A stretch of DNA of 42,317 nucleotides, filler included, from Yuukianura sp. NJ FZ-2021 (taxonomy: Eukaryota): the NCBI GenBank assembly GCA_046563655.1. It is 2 parts of 2 records of this genome, joined end to end, with 100 filler letters (N's around TTAATTAATTAA, not from the genome) between each part and the next. Parts side by side here need not be neighbours in the genome. Positions count along the whole stretch, not along the records: positions 25,101 to 42,317 come from JAJCTO010000022.1; 1 more part is not named here. The stretch is one strand, 5' to 3'. A program made the translations under genes and the position numbers. The notes beneath the pieces are model-generated. The model was not told the DNA's origin. It searched no databases and saw only the letters and a program-made list of their open reading frames with translations. Below are positions 38,914 through 42,317 of this stretch, piece after piece. Every line of letters begins with the position of its first letter. Position 1 is the first letter of the stretch.

Positions 38914-39405
38914 TCAAACAAATCTGCAGGAATACAGATTCCAACACCCGGCTTCCAACTGGTTTCGAATGTGAAGATAAGAGTTGTCTGTAGTATTCCC
39001 AAGATGATCAGCAAAAAAGAGGGTCCATCCATTCTCGAGCATGACTTGAGGCGGCGGAAGAGGATTTGGGAATTGTTTACGAATCTCCACAATCATGGGA
39101 ACCGATGAGACTTTGCGCGTGTGTGCTGGATAATGCTTCTTTTTCTTTTGACGAGTAGAATGTAGGGTGTATGGAGGTGAACTTTCGTGACCTTCCATGT
39201 CTTCGGATGGTACAAAGCTTGGTCCAGGAGTAGCCATTTCTTGAGTGGGTGGGTGGAGCTTCACAGATTGTCCTCGTGACGATTTGTTCAAGTTGCAGTT
39301 GCAAGAAAAGGATTTACACACTGTGATTGTAGTTGTAGAATTTCGTTTACACAAAAACTCGGAAAATGATCTCCAGATACTAAAAATGCAACCACAGTTC
39401 ATCAC
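38914..39405 (-). CDS. Hypothetical protein within the Polinton
   Basis: 163-codon ORF immediately downstream of the integrase stop on the same strand; no recognisable motif; start uncertain (MATPGPS is an alternative). Confidence 0.35.
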   Translation of the reverse strand: MMNCGCIFSIWRSFSEFLCKRNSTTTITVCKSFSCNCNLNKSSRGQSVKLHPPTQEMATPGPSFVPSEDMEGHESSPPYTLHSTRQKKKKHYPAHTRKVSSVPMIVEIRKQFPNPLPPPQVMLENGWTLFFADHLGNTTDNSYLHIRNQLEAGCWNLYSCRFV

Positions 39406-39420
39406 CCGCGGACTTCAAGG

Positions 39421-40881
39421 TTAGGAATGAAGAATTTTCTGGAGTTCCGGATCATAAAATACACCAAAGATGAACTCTCCTTTTAAATCCTGAAGCTGAT
39501 AGCTGGTTGGAGTAGTATAAAAAACTTTGGAAACCTTGAACTGCTCTCGATTCCAAGACCTCGAGTAGCCCTTTTCAAAGATTTTTTTGATTTTACTAAT
39601 CAGAACAGTGTCCCCAACGGAGAATTTCCTCTTTTTACGACGCTTTACGACTCTGTCTTTGTAGAGATTTAGAAAAACGTCAGTTTTCGTTTCTTCGTTG
39701 ACTTGATTTGGTGTGCACATTTGATGGAAGAGTGGTATGAATTGTTGTAATTCTCTACGATCGCAGGTAGAAAATTTCTCCGTTCCCTTGTAAGTCATGT
39801 AGCGAGCAATTCTATTCATAAGAGTCTGGTTGAATCTCTCCACAATTACCGCCTTCAACTCGGATCCTGTACTGAACATATGGATTCCATGCTGTTTGAG
39901 TAACTTTTCCACAGTTTTGTTGATGAATTCTTTGCCCCGATCTACCTGCAAGTACTTGCAAGGCCCTCGCTTTTCTATAATCTTTGCCAGAGCATTTCGC
40001 ACAGTTGGGGCATTTTTATTCTTGAGTGGAATTGCATCCTGCAACTTTACTAAACCCATTGATGCAAGTCAACAAGAACTTGTATCCGTTGTTTGAGTCG
40101 CAATACTTGCTTACGTCAATCAGATCTGCTACCATTTGTTACACCCAGATTTAGAGTACCCATATTTAGAGTACTTAGTACACTTAGTCACTTAGTCGCT
40201 AAGGGACCCCAGCCCTTGTATTTAGTCACTAGGCAGGAAGTGTAATAGCAAGGCCAGGCTAATTAAGACAAAAACCACAAGGCTAAATTGATTAGTGAAT
40301 TAGCCCAATTAAGGTAACCACAGCCGTAGCCGGTAATGCGGTTAGAGCTCCGAACTTCCTATGTTTACCGCAACCTTAATTGAGTAATTAGCAGTAATTA
40401 AGCACCTGGTATAAATACCCGGTAGTTACTGCCCTAAGTTAAGTCAGTACAGAAGTCGAAGAAGTAAGCAAAACTCCGAACAAAGAAGTACGACACTTAA
40501 TAAGAACAAAAAGACTTCATTTCACCTCCTCGCAACAATGGACTGACTGGCATGGAACCTCGGCCGCCCGGAAGGGGTCTTTAGGGCCCTTGACCCCACG
40601 GGGCAAACATCGGTCTCCCCCGTGGGCCCTTCCTGAAATGGCGAACGCCTATTTCCGGCGTTACACATTTGTTGCTTAAGTCCAGGAATGAATACTCTTC
40701 GCCTAGGATATCTTTTCCGAGCTCGTTTGTGCAGAGTATATGCTGGTATGGAGTAGAGTGACTGCTCGACATCTTTTGAATGATTTTTCAAACTTTTTTT
40801 AACTTGATATGCACCCGAAAAACTATGCTGGACATTTGGATTTACGTAATCCTCTTTGATTTGTTTTTCTAGCTCTGACAT
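39421..40881 (-). pseudogene. Polinton retroviral-like (rve) DDE integrase interrupted by a solo LTR
   Basis: 5' part YVNPNVQHSFSG..PAYTLHKRARKRYPRRR..LKQQM joins VADLIDVSKY..NNGYKFLLTCINGFSK once the insert is removed; then LQVDRGKEF, VERFNQTL, FSVGDTV, FEKGY..W, ELQK. Extra frameshift near 40040. Confidence 0.93.
40137..40665 (+). mobile_element. Solo LTR (529 bp), probably Ty3/gypsy type
   Basis: TGTTACACC...GGCGTTACA termini (TG..CA, 7/9 inverted match); CATT duplicated at 40133-40136 and 40666-40669; TATAAAT at 40410 and TCAGT at 40444 suggest + orientation. Confidence 0.9.
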
Positions 40882-40982
40882 TTGGAGGACTAAATTAAAA
40901 TGCGACAAGTGTCATGGTCTTTATTGTTAGCAGCTTCTTGAGTGAAAAGGTTCATTGACGCCCAACTCCTTGGCTGGTCAAC

Positions 40983-41352
40983 ATGTCCAAGTGTGTAGCG
41001 CAAAACAGAGAGTTTTTGAGCTATTTGTCCAAAGCAACGTCACCTAAACAGCGGCGAGAATTGATTAAAAACGCAAGCAAAGAGGAAATTCAAGGCATTT
41101 GTGAGTGTATACTTAACGTGTACAAAGGGAACGTGGGCATCACCGCCAACACTGTCAAACGCCTGAAAACCATACAAAAAAACCATTCTCGCAATAATCA
41201 AGGGTCGGCGGAGGTCAAGTCTCAAGTTTAAGAAAAAACGACTCTTGTCTCAAAAAGGGGGAGCGGTACTACCTCTTTTGTTGGGAGCTGTACTACCCTC
41301 TTTAATTAGTACTGCCGTAGGATTTTTCAAAAAGAAAACTCAGCCGGAATAA
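40983..41352 (+). pseudogene. Small basic Polinton-type protein with QKGG and hydrophobic tail (putative virion core/membrane-active precursor); one frameshift
   Basis: IQGICECILNVYKGNV; removing one A at 41166-41169 continues KPYKKTILAII..KKKRLLSQKGGAVLPLLLGAVLPSLISTAVGFFKKK to TAA 41350-41352. Confidence 0.7.
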
Positions 41353-41357
41353 AGCGA

Positions 41358-42119
41358 ATGAAGTTGGTGAACGAAGCAGATTTTCAAAAACTTCAACAGC
41401 AAACCAAATTAGTTGGAAATGACGTTTCTATCCCTGCCGTCGATTCCGCAGACCCGAAACTGAGCGTGTTGTCAAATTCAAACATACCAGATGACATAAA
41501 AGCAATTTTGTATCAAGACCTAGCTCGTCGTCTCCATCAAAAACGTCTTATTTTAGAATCCAAACCAATTTTGGTGAAAAATGTTGCGGGTGACCGTGAC
41601 CGTCAACATGAGGGATTTCAAGAAGAAGACGAAAATGAATCAAATCTTTTTTACGGAACTCAACTTGGAGATAGTATAATTTCCAATCCCAGCATCAGAG
41701 TGGAAAATCTTTTAGATGTTACTGAACCATACATTTTGGAGCAGCTAAAAGGAAGTAAAAATGCAAGAAAACTTTTGCATTTGATGCGCTACAATGACAT
41801 TGTATGGAATGAAAAGTTTGAAGTTTTGATTCAAAAGCAACGTCTACCAGGCTCTGACATTGTAAACATACTACAATATTTCATAAACCTCAAGGATCGA
41901 AAGCATATTAGAGCTCCCGAAGGATTCATACAAGTTCGAGACCAATTGCAGCGGTACATTTCTCCAAAAATTGTGGATGGATCTGCTCCAAACTCTGGAA
42001 TTTCACGCCTAATCACTTCCCCAGCAATATTTTTTGAGCAAAGACAACAACAACAGAACCTGGCGGGATCAAATTACAACACTCCAAGTGCCAGCCAGAA
42101 TGATAAGGGGAACCGATGA
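41358..42119 (+). CDS. Polinton-associated protein of unknown function
   Basis: 253-aa ORF starting 5 nt after the upstream stop; IVWNEKFEVLI..PGSDIVNIL resembles an uncharacterised ORF I recall from Polintons; coding-like sequence may continue to the window end in another frame. Confidence 0.65.
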   Translation: MKLVNEADFQKLQQQTKLVGNDVSIPAVDSADPKLSVLSNSNIPDDIKAILYQDLARRLHQKRLILESKPILVKNVAGDRDRQHEGFQEEDENESNLFYGTQLGDSIISNPSIRVENLLDVTEPYILEQLKGSKNARKLLHLMRYNDIVWNEKFEVLIQKQRLPGSDIVNILQYFINLKDRKHIRAPEGFIQVRDQLQRYISPKIVDGSAPNSGISRLITSPAIFFEQRQQQQNLAGSNYNTPSASQNDKGNR

Positions 42120-42317
42120 GGAAGAGGAGGAAGAGGAAGAGGTAGATGACGTTTTTGAACAAAACCCCCAACCACCACCACCACCATTTCAAATTCATCG
42201 TCCCTCACCTACTAGAGCTAAAGCTACACCTATTGCAAAGAGACTTGTAAGGAGGGCTGCTAATCCAACTGGAAAAGGATGTGTTCAAAAAAGGAGGGAC
42301 CAAGGAGTCAAAAAGGA

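Larger units (their letters stand above)
33259..42317 (+). mobile_element. Polinton/Maverick (adintovirus-like) element, left part
   Basis: Begins AGTAGT exactly where the satellite breaks; contains pPolB, A32/FtsK-like ATPase and rve integrase, the diagnostic combination; capsid and protease genes and the right end are not in the window. Confidence 0.92.

Noticed and set aside
40522..40665. C-terminal part of ORF 40522-40908 as integrase sequence
   Set aside because: After LKQQM the frame reads into the solo LTR.

Overview
Eukaryotic (probably arthropod) scaffold window with two contigs joined by a 100-bp artificial gap (25001-25100). Left contig: a ~349-bp tandem repeat, then a virus-like cluster: F-box-like ORF with one in-frame stop, intron-containing Ulp1/C48-like protease (-), degenerate intron-containing protein-primed PolB with N-terminal C2H2 fingers, single-BIR+RING IAP and a small C2H2 ORF. 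It ends in a 15.4-kb composite satellite of ~154-bp and ~236-bp subunits. Right contig: 16 copies of a ~510-bp satellite, broken at 33259 by an AGTAGT terminus that opens a Polinton/Maverick (adintovirus-like) element. This carries a spliced zinc-finger pPolB, packaging ATPase, an integrase split by a 529-bp solo LTR (CATT duplication) and two more ORFs, and runs off the window. Most notable: both PolBs have spliceosomal introns and C2H2 leaders ending in a SUMO-like QxGG motif, and one sits head-to-head with a Ulp1-like protease. All family assignments are from motif recognition by eye; no searches were run.
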